Source: Candidatus Woesearchaeota archaeon
Lineage (GTDB): Archaea > Nanobdellota > Nanobdellia > Woesearchaeales > GW2011-AR9
Length of the DNA stretch: 49,934 nt
Assembly (NCBI GenBank): GCA_018657475.1
Contig: JABHXC010000022.1
Span: forward strand, 1 to 49,934
Direction: 5' to 3'
Shown here: positions 18,745 through 31,364 of the stretch, piece after piece
How positions within the stretch are numbered: position 1 is the stretch's first letter
Layout: the number at the start of each line of letters is the position of its first letter
Made by a program: the position numbers and the translations under genes
Notes under the pieces: generated by a model
Told to the model about the DNA's origin: nothing
Databases searched by the model: none
The model's input: the letters and a program-made list of their open reading frames with translations, nothing else

Positions 18745-20141
18745 AACTTAGATTGCCTTTTTTCGGAAAGAAAGAACCTGATAATCCTAAATTAGAAGAT
18801 GTCTTAGCTAACTGTGCAAGTGATCTTGGTAGAGCAAAAGTTATTAAAAAACTTTTATTAGAAACAGATTCTTCTATTCCTCAACAACTTGTATTAAGAG
18901 CAGTAAAAATCTTTGAAAAAGCTGATGACTACACTTCTGCAACCAGATTAACTTCTGAATTAGGTATGGTTGATGAAACTATTGAAATATATGTTAGAAA
19001 TAAAAATTATTTCCGAGCTGTAGAGGTTGCTGAAAGAAACTATTTAACAGAACTTGCTCAGAATCTAAGAGAAGAAGGATTAGATTACAATGAAAAGAAA
19101 GGGAATTTTTTAGTAGCAGCTATGTTCGCTAGCAAACTTGAACTTTATGATCGTGCTAGTGGATTATGTGAACAAGTTGAAGAATTTGAATCTGCAGCGA
19201 AATACGCAGAAAAAGCTGGTCAGAAAGAAAGAGCAGCTCGGATGTATCAGTTAGCAGGAAGTCCAGATAAAGCCATCCGAATTCTAGAAGATATGGGAGA
19301 TTTAGAAGAAGCCTTAGATATCTGTCTTGAAATAAACAATATTGCTAAAGCAGCTTCGATACTCGATGATTTAGAAAGATTTGAAGAAGCAATTGAATTA
19401 CAAGTTAATGCTGGAAATTTATTTGGAGCTGCATTAATTGCAGAACATGCTTTTTTAACCGAACGAGCAATAGACTTGCACAAACAGGATGGTGGTTATT
19501 ATTGTGCTTCTGAATTAGTTGAAGATCCTCTTCAGAAGAGAGTAATCTTCTTAGAAGGAATGAATCGTTTTTTTAATGAAGACAATTTAGCAGATGCTGC
19601 TAAATACGCTAGTTTAGCAGGATTAAAAGTTCAAGCCAGTGAATTATATGAACAGGCTAAAGATTATGTCTCAGCAGCACAATGTGCTAATGCAACTGGA
19701 GACTTAGAAAGAGTTATGGAATTACATAAAAAACATAGACAAGTATCTCTCACTGCTCCCATATTGTTAGAGGCTGGTTTAGTAGAAGAAGCTAGCCAAG
19801 TTTATGCTGAAAGAAAATTTTATAGAGAAGCGATCAATGTTTTAACTAAAGCAGGATTAAAAGACAAAGCTGAAGAAGTTGCTTTCAGAGCCTTTGAATA
19901 TCATGAAGGAAATGAGAATTATAAATCTGCATATGAGATAGCAGAGTTAGCTGGTTTATCAGAACAAGCAGAACATTATGTGTTACTAGAAAAACTTTTA
20001 GGAGATTCGAATAGTAATGGAACATTTGAACTCGACACAACCACTTCAGATACTAACGGCTTAGCTTTATATGATGAAGGAGATGCAAAGTTATCATTAA
20101 CTTATGATCAGGGGACATTAGAGTTAATTGAGGAAAAATAA
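18741..20141 (+). CDS. alpha-solenoid (TPR-like helical repeat) protein with the same C-terminal tail motif
   Basis: ATGA overlap with the upstream ORF. It has repeated units of the form Y..AA.YAEKAG..E.A, and the tail is KLSLTYDQGTLELIEEK. Confidence 0.65.
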   Translation: MKLRLPFFGKKEPDNPKLEDVLANCASDLGRAKVIKKLLLETDSSIPQQLVLRAVKIFEKADDYTSATRLTSELGMVDETIEIYVRNKNYFRAVEVAERNYLTELAQNLREEGLDYNEKKGNFLVAAMFASKLELYDRASGLCEQVEEFESAAKYAEKAGQKERAARMYQLAGSPDKAIRILEDMGDLEEALDICLEINNIAKAASILDDLERFEEAIELQVNAGNLFGAALIAEHAFLTERAIDLHKQDGGYYCASELVEDPLQKRVIFLEGMNRFFNEDNLADAAKYASLAGLKVQASELYEQAKDYVSAAQCANATGDLERVMELHKKHRQVSLTAPILLEAGLVEEASQVYAERKFYREAINVLTKAGLKDKAEEVAFRAFEYHEGNENYKSAYEIAELAGLSEQAEHYVLLEKLLGDSNSNGTFELDTTTSDTNGLALYDEGDAKLSLTYDQGTLELIEEK

Positions 20142-20188
20142 AGTATAGTTACAAAGTCTTTAAATAATTCTTTCAGTTTGGATCTGTA

Positions 20189-20707
20189 ATGCAAGCATTA
20201 AGAACTATGCACCCTTGGAATTTGTTGTATGGGAATGCACCTATTGAAAGTCCTTTAAGTGATAATGAAAAAAGATTAAGGGATTTTGCAGGTGATGTTG
20301 CAGAATTTTATGGGTATCATATTGGTGGTGATTCATTAAAAGATCTTGCATTAGGTACATATTCTCCCAGAGAAAGGGGTATTGTTGAAGTTCATAAACG
20401 ACATTTAGTAACATTTGATGATGATGCTCAAATGGGGATTTTTGAACCTTTATGGGCAAGATTAGAACGAAAGCATGCATTTTTGCCGAGAGTAATGGCT
20501 ACAACTTCTGTTTTAAAGGCAGGAATTGATGAGTTTAGAAATGATATCTCTTCTTTAGTATGTGTTTATGATTCTAGCTTTCTTCCTCCTGAAGTTCTTG
20601 AACATCATATAACACAAACCTTTCCTAAACTTGAAAAGAAAAGGGTGAAATATAAACCAATGCAGGATGGGCATTCAGATGTGCTCGATACAGATTTTCA
20701 ATTTTGA
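20189..20707 (+). CDS. hypothetical protein
   Basis: 172-aa ORF 47 nt downstream of the previous gene on the same strand. No motif recognised. Confidence 0.5.
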   Translation: MQALRTMHPWNLLYGNAPIESPLSDNEKRLRDFAGDVAEFYGYHIGGDSLKDLALGTYSPRERGIVEVHKRHLVTFDDDAQMGIFEPLWARLERKHAFLPRVMATTSVLKAGIDEFRNDISSLVCVYDSSFLPPEVLEHHITQTFPKLEKKRVKYKPMQDGHSDVLDTDFQF

Positions 20708-20788
20708 AGCTTGAAACGATATTTTGTGATTCCGCAAGCTTTATAAATTCAAAATAAAACAGTTCTAGGTGCAAAGAGGGAATTTTTA

Positions 20789-23700
20789 ATGACTAGAATT
20801 AACAGAATTACCATTCACGGTTTCAAAAGTTTTGCTCATAAAACTGAAATTCCATTTGATGGAGAGTATAACTGTATATTAGGACCTAACGGTAGTGGTA
20901 AATCGAACATAGGAGACGCTATTTGTTTCGTTTTAGGAAGATTATCATCTAAATCTTTACGTGCTGAGAAAGCTGCTAACTTAATATTTAACGGTGGGAA
21001 AAGAGCTAAACCTGGTTCACAAGCTTATGTTGAAATTGCTTTTGATAACAAAAGTAAAATATTTCCAACTGATGGTAAAGAAGTAATAATTAATAGAGCA
21101 ATAACAAAAAAAGGTAACAGTGTTTACAAAATTAATGGAAAGAAAAGAACAAGAGGTGAAGTTCTTGACACGTTAGGTATAGCAAAAATTAATCCTGATG
21201 GTTATAATATTATTCTTCAAGGTTCAATAACTAAATTTGTTGATATTTCTGGTAATGAAAGAAGGAAAATTCTTGAACAGATAAGCGATGTATCTGTATA
21301 TGAAGATAAAAAACATAAAGCAATGTTAGAATTAAACAAAGTTGAAGATAAACTTAACAATGCGCATATTATTTTAAAAGAACGTAAAACTTATTTGAAA
21401 GAATTAAAGAAAGATCGTGATCAAGCATTGAAATTTAAAGAATTACAAGATTCTATTGATTCTCATAAAGCGACATTAGTACACACAAAATTAACTGAAC
21501 AACAAAGATTAAACAAAAAGTTTGAAAGTCAAGTTAATGAACATAAAAAAAAGTTGCAAGCAGCTGAAGAAAAAATAGCTGGATTAAAAAAACAAGTTGT
21601 TATTGCAAAAGATAAATCTGATGCATTAAACAAAAAAATTGAACAACAGGGAGAAAAAGAACAATTAAAAGTTCACCGAGATTTAGAAGAATTAAAAATT
21701 TCTCTTGCACAAAATAAAACTAGAATTTCTACATTAAAAGATGAAATTAATAAAATTCAATTAAGAAAAGATCAATTTGAAGAAGAAAGTAAAGAATTAG
21801 CAGCTAAATCTGATGCATTACAACAACAACGTAAAAAACAGAAACAGGAATTGTTAAACAAACAGCGAGATTTGAAAGAATATGAAAAAAAGATTGCTGA
21901 TTTTAAGAAGAAAAATAAAATTGAATCTTCACAAGCTTTAGAAGAAGATCTTGAAATTAAAGATAAATTAATTGAAGTTAAACAAGATGAAGTTCAAAAA
22001 GTTAGACAACAACAGCAAGAACTTTTACGTGAAAAAGATAAATTAGAATATCAGGTTCAAACTATTGATGAACGTATCGCAAAAGTTAAAGAAGTTGCAC
22101 AGGAACATAAAGGTCAAGTTAGAGAATTACAACAGTTTAAGAAAAATTTTACTCAAGCAACATTAAGATTAAACAAATGTTTAGAACAAGATAGTGGTTT
22201 TGCTGCACAGGTTGGAAATGCACGAAGAAAATTAGAAGATTTACAAGAAAAACGTGCACAGTTAAATGCAAAGACAGCTTCAATGCAAGCTTCTTTATCA
22301 AGTAATTTTGCAGTTAATACAATTATTGAAAATAAGAGAAAATTTCCTGGTGTTCATGGTACGATTGCAGAACTTGGGCAAGTAAACAAGAAGTATGCTC
22401 CAGCACTGGAAACTGCTGCCGGAGGAAGAATGAACAATTTGGTTGTTGATTCTGATAAAACTGCTGCGGAATGTATCAGATTCTTAAAAGAAAAAAGAGC
22501 AGGTTCTGCTTCTTTTGTTCCATTAAACAAAATTAAATATCGTGAAATTACTGCTGCTGATAAACCTTTAAAGAAAAATTTAGGTGTACATGATTTTGCA
22601 TTAAACTTAATCTCTTACCCTTCAAAGTACAAAAAAGCATTTGCATACGTTTTTGGTAACACTTTAGTTGTTGATGATTTGCAAGCAGCAAGAAAAGTTG
22701 GTATAGGAAGAGTGAAAATGTCAACTTTAGATGGAAACATAGCAGAAGCTTCTGGAGTAATGCGTGGTGGATTTAAATCTCGTCGTTCTGGAGTTGGATT
22801 TCAAGAAAAGGGTGCTTTAAAAGAATTAGAAAAAGTTGAAAGTGATATTGCTGAGTATGAAGGAGTGATTGCTAATGTACGGGAAAGAAGGTCTGCTAAT
22901 GAAGAAGAAATTACGACATTACGTCAACAACGTGCAGAATTAGAAGGTGAAATGATTAAACTTGAAAAATCACTTCACTTAAACACTAGTGATTTAGAAG
23001 CTACAGCTAACTTAAAGAAAGAACTTCGTGAACAATTAAATGATGTTGATCAGAAATTAAACACATTTCAAAAAGAAATTTCTATCTTAAATAGAGATTT
23101 AGCTGGATTAAAATCTAAAAAACATATGTTAAGATCTCAAGTTAGTCAATTACGAAATCCTCGTTTACTTGCTCAATTACAAGCATTTGAAGAAAGTAAA
23201 CAACAATGTAGAGAATCAATTGTAAGATTAGAAAGTGAAATAAATAACGCTTTAACACAAATGGAACAGCTTTTATCTCCTGAACAACAGAAGATGAAAG
23301 AAATTATGAAACAGCATGAAAAAGAGGAGAAAACTTTTGGTAACGAAATTACGCAATTAACTTCTTCCATTAAACATCAGGAAAAAGATTTGAAATCTAA
23401 AGAAGCGGCAAGTAAAGAATTTTATGCAAAGTATAAAGGTTTATTCCAACAAAGAGAAAAGTTAGGTCAGGAAATTAATACTGCGGAAACTAGAATGGAA
23501 TCTTTCAGAGAAAAGCAAAGGGGAGCTGAAAGAGAAATTAATTTAGTTTCTTTAAAGAATGCTGAAGCTAAAGCTAAATTGGCTGGTTTAGAAGAAGAGT
23601 TTAAGAAATATGAAGATGTTAAATTGTTAAAAAATAAACCATTACAAGAATTACAACGTGAAGTAAGTAAATTTGAAGTTATGCTTGGACAGATGTCTGC

Positions 23701-24280
23701 AGTTAACATGAAAGCTTTAGAAGTTTATGATCAGGTTGAACATGAATATAATAACCTGATTGAGAAAAAGTCTGAATTAGAAACAGAAAAAGTTGATGTT
23801 TTAACAATGATGAATGAAATTGAAACTAAAAAGAAAGAACAGTTCATGACTACATTCAAAAAAGCTAACGATAATTTTCAACGAGTATTTGGTTCATTGT
23901 TTAAGAAAGGTAGAGCTCATTTACAATTAGATAATCCTAACAAACCATTTGAAGATGGTGTTAGTATTAAAGTTAGATTGACTGGAAAAAGGTATTTAGA
24001 TATTAAATCTTTATCAGGTGGAGAAAAAACATTAACTGCATTATCATTCATTTTTGCTATCCAAGAATATCAACCTGCTTCATTTTACATTTTAGATGAA
24101 ATTGATGCCGCATTAGACAAACATAATTCTGGTAGATTATCTCAATTAATTAGATCTTATTCAGGAAATGCACAGTACATTTTAATTTCTCACAATGATG
24201 CATTGATTTCTGAAGCCGATACTTTATTCGGAGTTAGCATGAATGATGGAATTAGTAAAATTACTAGTTTGAAAATTTAA
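20789..24280 (+). CDS. smc: chromosome segregation protein SMC
   Basis: Walker A GPNGSGKSN, long coiled coils with a central hinge, signature LSGGEKTLTAL, Walker B FYILDEIDAALD. Confidence 0.95.
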   Translation: MTRINRITIHGFKSFAHKTEIPFDGEYNCILGPNGSGKSNIGDAICFVLGRLSSKSLRAEKAANLIFNGGKRAKPGSQAYVEIAFDNKSKIFPTDGKEVIINRAITKKGNSVYKINGKKRTRGEVLDTLGIAKINPDGYNIILQGSITKFVDISGNERRKILEQISDVSVYEDKKHKAMLELNKVEDKLNNAHIILKERKTYLKELKKDRDQALKFKELQDSIDSHKATLVHTKLTEQQRLNKKFESQVNEHKKKLQAAEEKIAGLKKQVVIAKDKSDALNKKIEQQGEKEQLKVHRDLEELKISLAQNKTRISTLKDEINKIQLRKDQFEEESKELAAKSDALQQQRKKQKQELLNKQRDLKEYEKKIADFKKKNKIESSQALEEDLEIKDKLIEVKQDEVQKVRQQQQELLREKDKLEYQVQTIDERIAKVKEVAQEHKGQVRELQQFKKNFTQATLRLNKCLEQDSGFAAQVGNARRKLEDLQEKRAQLNAKTASMQASLSSNFAVNTIIENKRKFPGVHGTIAELGQVNKKYAPALETAAGGRMNNLVVDSDKTAAECIRFLKEKRAGSASFVPLNKIKYREITAADKPLKKNLGVHDFALNLISYPSKYKKAFAYVFGNTLVVDDLQAARKVGIGRVKMSTLDGNIAEASGVMRGGFKSRRSGVGFQEKGALKELEKVESDIAEYEGVIANVRERRSANEEEITTLRQQRAELEGEMIKLEKSLHLNTSDLEATANLKKELREQLNDVDQKLNTFQKEISILNRDLAGLKSKKHMLRSQVSQLRNPRLLAQLQAFEESKQQCRESIVRLESEINNALTQMEQLLSPEQQKMKEIMKQHEKEEKTFGNEITQLTSSIKHQEKDLKSKEAASKEFYAKYKGLFQQREKLGQEINTAETRMESFREKQRGAEREINLVSLKNAEAKAKLAGLEEEFKKYEDVKLLKNKPLQELQREVSKFEVMLGQMSAVNMKALEVYDQVEHEYNNLIEKKSELETEKVDVLTMMNEIETKKKEQFMTTFKKANDNFQRVFGSLFKKGRAHLQLDNPNKPFEDGVSIKVRLTGKRYLDIKSLSGGEKTLTALSFIFAIQEYQPASFYILDEIDAALDKHNSGRLSQLIRSYSGNAQYILISHNDALISEADTLFGVSMNDGISKITSLKI

Positions 24281-24304
24281 TTAAGTTTTATAAAAAATTA
24301 GAAA

Positions 24305-27532
<3,228 letters not shown>

Positions 27533-27627
27533 TTATCGTCGAGAAAGACGTGTTTTTGATAGAATTTGGAGGTTTATAAATGTATCGAAAAATCCCTCTA
27601 TTTTTTTCGGAAATTGTCACTATTGTA

Positions 27628-28785
27628 TCAATCTGTCTTTTTTGCTTTATAAAATTCTAATTCTGCTAAATTTTCATTCACATAATTTGGATTTTCTTTG
27701 AAGAATTTTTCTTTAACATGGTCAGGCATATTATCAATTGTACCTTTGCCCGATAATCCTACTTGAGGTGTTTTTTTACAATAGTCCATTGCATTAAATG
27801 GTTGATTAGAATTTACTAATTCGTCATATTTTGGGAAATCTATCCAAGTATTCCAAACATTGTTTACTTTGAATTTTTTTCTTGCTAACATGACGACTCT
27901 TGAAGGAATATGTTCAGAAACAATTTCGTAGTCTTCTAGATGTTTAGATAATTGTTTTGTAAGAGAAACAACTTCTTCATGTAATGGCATGTTTTTCCGA
28001 CTTAATCGTTGTTGTGATGGGCCAACGTGCATGTACGCTTTAACTTCAATAAAGTCTGGTTGGCCTCTATTAATTAATTCTGCATACTTATCTAGATGTG
28101 AATCATTAATGTTTTTAATAATAGTCAATCTTACAGCGGTACGTTGTTGTTTCTCTTTTAGATAGTCTAATGATTGGTGTAATCCTTCCCAGAAATCTTT
28201 GAATAACGGAACATCAACTTCTTTTAACATTTCTTTAGTTGGTGCATCAATTGAGATGTAAAGTTGTGTTATTGGGTGTAAATCTTTAATTTGTTCTGGA
28301 TACTGGCCATTGGTAACAAGAAATGTTGAAATGCCATCTTTATTGAATAAATCTATTGACTGGTTAATTTGTGGATAAAAAATTGGTTCTCCAGTAAGTG
28401 AAAGAGCTACATGTTTTACTGTTCTTGACTTATTATATGCCGTTTTATTTGCTTTATCACTACCATTAAATCCAATGAGAAGTTTGTGGTGTGCTTCTAA
28501 TGATTCTTTATGGATTTTTTCAGGATCATCATTATCCCATTTCCACTCTGTTGCAACGGGTGCTTTGTAACCTCTCCAGCAAAACGTACATCGATTAGCA
28601 CAACTGATAGAGGTTGTCATTTGTAGACATTGATTACTCATAATACCATAGAATTTTAATTTATAACAGCCACCTTGGCCACGGATCATAGTTTTTGTCC
28701 AGCCACAAGTTTTTACAGCTGAATGATTACCTACTACTCTATAACCTTGTTTTTCTAGTTCTAGTTTAGCTTCTTGAGTTAACAT
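27628..28785 (-). CDS. taw1: tRNA 4-demethylwyosine synthase (TYW1/Taw1), radical SAM
   Basis: CANRCTFCWRG radical SAM cluster motif and overall TYW1-like sequence (KLKFYGI, SLTGEPIFYP). Confidence 0.85.
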   Translation of the reverse strand: MLTQEAKLELEKQGYRVVGNHSAVKTCGWTKTMIRGQGGCYKLKFYGIMSNQCLQMTTSISCANRCTFCWRGYKAPVATEWKWDNDDPEKIHKESLEAHHKLLIGFNGSDKANKTAYNKSRTVKHVALSLTGEPIFYPQINQSIDLFNKDGISTFLVTNGQYPEQIKDLHPITQLYISIDAPTKEMLKEVDVPLFKDFWEGLHQSLDYLKEKQQRTAVRLTIIKNINDSHLDKYAELINRGQPDFIEVKAYMHVGPSQQRLSRKNMPLHEEVVSLTKQLSKHLEDYEIVSEHIPSRVVMLARKKFKVNNVWNTWIDFPKYDELVNSNQPFNAMDYCKKTPQVGLSGKGTIDNMPDHVKEKFFKENPNYVNENLAELEFYKAKKTD

Positions 28786-28930
28786 GGATTGATTATTTTT
28801 TAGTTGTTTTATAAGAATTTTGTATGTTTTAGCGTAGCAGAATATTTTTAATTGGTATATTGGCTATTATTCTCCAGTGAGTTTAACACCTCTTTGTTTG
28901 TTGAGGTAGGGTCTTTATTTTATTAAATTT

Positions 28931-28968
28931 AAAAAAAGTGAAAAAATGCGATTCTTATTAGGAATCGC
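28931..28968 (-). terminator. hairpin plus oligo-T terminator ending the RiPP-like operon
   Basis: Minus strand reads GCGATTC-CTAATAA-GAATCGC followed by ATTTTTTCACTTTTTTT. The hairpin spans the peptide stop codon. Confidence 0.6.
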
Positions 28969-29149
28969 AGTTGCTACCATCTCCACAGTCACAGTCATAT
29001 TCTACACTACGTGGCATAATATTGTAAGACAAGTTGCCTTTATTTGCTTCACAATTATTTGCGATGTAATCTTTCATTTCTTTATTTGTTTCAAATGAAT
29101 ATTCACTTGCAACGTCTTCTAATTTGTCAACCATTTTTTTAACCTCCAT
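28958..29149 (-). CDS. candidate RiPP precursor peptide with a Cys/Asp-rich C-terminus (DCDCGDGSNCDS)
   Basis: 63-aa ORF, or 58 aa if it starts at the second ATG (29134), which is preceded by the SD-like GGAGGT. It sits immediately after the radical SAM/SPASM gene and is followed by a terminator. It has an acidic helical leader-like N-terminus. Confidence 0.6.
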   Translation of the reverse strand: MEVKKMVDKLEDVASEYSFETNKEMKDYIANNCEANKGNLSYNIMPRSVEYDCDCGDGSNCDS

Positions 29150-30445
29150 CTCGTCCTAAATTGTTGTTTATTAATGTGGCAAATAGTGCACTAACGTACT
29201 GGTTATCTACACCTATATCACTACCAATGAAGACAAGATCATTACGGTTAAGAACTCTTATGGGGTATTTTTCTTTTATATAAAATGTTGTGAAATTATC
29301 TAAATATGCATATGCAGATGGGTCTTTAAATAATGTTGAGCCAAAACTTTCATCTCTAATCTTAAGATCTCTCTTTAGTTGAACACTATTAACTGGGTCA
29401 AAACTAGAAATTTTTGTTTTTTTATTATTTTTAATTGTATCTTTTTTAAGATTATCTTCGCCAGCCATATCTTTGTTTATTTTGTATGCATTTTCTTTGC
29501 AACCACCACCGCACTTGAAATCATATGCGCAACCAGTACAAGTATCATTATGGTATTGTTTTTTCCAAATAGGAATTTCTGCCCAGATCTCTAGCAATGG
29601 TCTTTCAAAAATATTACCATATGTTATATCAAAATGTTGACATGCTCTCAAATCACCATTACTTGCAACACCAGCAGAAGTTAGTCCAGCAACACAACTA
29701 CGATTAAAGATTGATCCATATTTATTAATATCATCAACCGCACAATAAGGAAGTGCATTTAATGTTCCTACTTGCATCCCAAAGTCACTCTTTAGTTCCA
29801 TTAATTGGTCTAGAAGAATAACAATATCTTTATTATTTAATATAAGTGAATCATAATTTTGAATCATGCCATTATTTGAAGGACTTATTCTTGTAGCGTT
29901 AAAACCTTTAAAACCTAGCTCATAAGCAAACTTTCCAGTATCATAAACAGAATCAAGTGTACTTTTATTTACAACCATATTTGCGCTTAAATAGATCCCT
30001 TTATTAGATAATAATTGAGCCCCTTTTACAAATCGTTTGAAACTCACTTTATTTTGAGTTGTTTTATTAAATTGATCTTCATCATGTGAAATGATGCTTG
30101 AGAGAACACCTACATTATATTCCATTAATATATCACAGATTTCATCATTAGCAAGAGTAATATTTGAATTAATACGAATACCTACATTACTTTCTCTATA
30201 GAGCTTTATTATCTGTTCAAGATTTTTTCCAAATAAAAATGGTTCACCGCCCGTTAAAGTAACATGAAAAACATCCGCTTCTATTATTCTTTCACTTATT
30301 TCTAATGCTCTATTTAGTTGTTTTTCAGTTGGTTTTTGCAGTTTCTCATCCTCTGATCTCCAGAAATTATAACAGTTGTACAACTATGATTACAATCATT
30401 GATTAATTCAAATTGTACTGCAATGGGGGATTTTGGTTTAATCAT
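29139..30445 (-). CDS. radical SAM/SPASM peptide-maturase-like enzyme with a PqqD/RRE-like C-terminal tail; reading frame disrupted near 30380
   Basis: SPASM motif CTGCAYDFKCGGGC with upstream C-x17-C; GGEPF. Frame A from ATG 30445 reads MIKPKSPIAVQFELINDCNHSC, and frame B (the ORF track) continues YNCYNFWR. Joined, they give CNHSCYNC, a CxxxCxxC motif. There is an ATGA overlap with the upstream peptidase gene. Confidence 0.75.
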
Positions 30446-30873
30446 CCTAATAACTTTTTAACAGCAAGATATCCTTTACTGTAATTTGGTTTTTTGAAAA
30501 ATGTGATAAGGTCTTTTATAGTAAATTCTTCAGCAGATTTTTTTTGGTCAGCAATATAACATGCTAATCCTTCAAACAACCATGCAGGGTCACTTGTTTC
30601 AAAACAACGTAGATAGTAAATGTGTACCATCTCATGAACAATTACTTTAAGCCACTCTTCATAATTTCTGTTTATTTCATCTTGATTAAGCACAAAAACT
30701 ATCTGTTTTCTGGGATATGCAAAGCCAACAACCCAATCCTGCTGCTTCATTTTTTCAAGATCTTTTTTTGAAAGTTCAATAACGTAAACGTCGTTAAGGG
30801 TTATATTAAATAATTCGTCAAGATATTCTTTTTTTTCAACAAGTAATGGGTTGATTTCAGAGATAGATCTCAT
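30442..30873 (-). CDS. small HExxH gluzincin-like peptidase (Peptidase_MA_2-like)
   Basis: VHEMVHIYY ... PAWLFEGLACYIA follows the HExxH ... W..EG.A.Y pattern. It is the first gene of the operon, and a TATA-like TTTTTATATAG lies about 25-35 nt upstream on the minus strand. Confidence 0.6.
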   Translation of the reverse strand: MRSISEINPLLVEKKEYLDELFNITLNDVYVIELSKKDLEKMKQQDWVVGFAYPRKQIVFVLNQDEINRNYEEWLKVIVHEMVHIYYLRCFETSDPAWLFEGLACYIADQKKSAEEFTIKDLITFFKKPNYSKGYLAVKKLLG

Positions 30874-31002
30874 ATATAGTATATTTTGTTTGTTTCTATA
30901 TAAAAATTTCTCAGTTTTTTACTATTTTATAGAAAAAACATAACTTTCAAAGTTTCTATTAAAAAACAATTGGAAACTGTCATATGTGACATATTTCCCC
31001 CA

Positions 31003-31020
31003 CAAACCCCAACACTTAAA
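31003..31020 (+). promoter_or_regulatory. 18-nt promoter element CAAACCCCAACACTTAAA (copy 1)
   Basis: Exact 18-mer repeated at 31651-31668. It ends 27 nt before ATG 31048, and its 3' part forms a TATA-like TTAAATAT. Confidence 0.55.
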
Positions 31021-31047
31021 TATTTATTTGTAATTTGTTTTATTGAT

Positions 31048-31281
31048 ATGAGATTTAAGCCATCTTTGCAAGAAGTTATTTTTGAACCAGACATTGATGA
31101 AAATTTAAGATTACTTAATAGGGATATTAGACGTTTGGATAAAAGTTTAGAAAGAGCAAGAGAATTAGCTTTTCCTGGACCTTCTCCTACTGTGGACGAG
31201 TATATAGTTGATTTTTATCATTCTTGTCAAGAAACAGCAGGTAAAGTTAAGAATTGGTTAGTAGATAGAATATATCGTTGA
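31048..31281 (+). CDS. hypothetical small protein (77 aa)
   Basis: The ORF track starts at TTG 30970, but that extension would cover the promoter element. ATG 31048 fits the TATA spacing. Confidence 0.5.
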   Translation: MRFKPSLQEVIFEPDIDENLRLLNRDIRRLDKSLERARELAFPGPSPTVDEYIVDFYHSCQETAGKVKNWLVDRIYR

Positions 31282-31364
31282 ATTTGTTTTTAACTATTTT
31301 CTAAAAAAACTTTAGATTATTTGAAATGAGAAATTTATTATACTATTTTCTTATTCTATAATTA

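Noticed and set aside
27575-27590. TTTATAAA at 27578-27585 as the gyrB promoter
   Set aside because: It is about 70 nt from the gyrB ATG. A closer TATA-like CTATAAAAAT (27521-27530, minus strand) also exists. The box is palindromic, so neither strand nor target can be assigned from sequence alone.
30375-30394. Programmed -1 ribosomal frameshift in the radical SAM gene
   Set aside because: There is no slippery heptamer and no obvious downstream stimulatory structure. Mutation or an assembly indel is more parsimonious. It is kept as an open question in the findings.
30970-31047. TTG-initiated 5' extension of the small ORF (track 30970..31281)
   Set aside because: The extension would run through the 18-nt promoter/TATA element. 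ATG 31048 has the same spacing to that element as the DHH gene has to its own copy.
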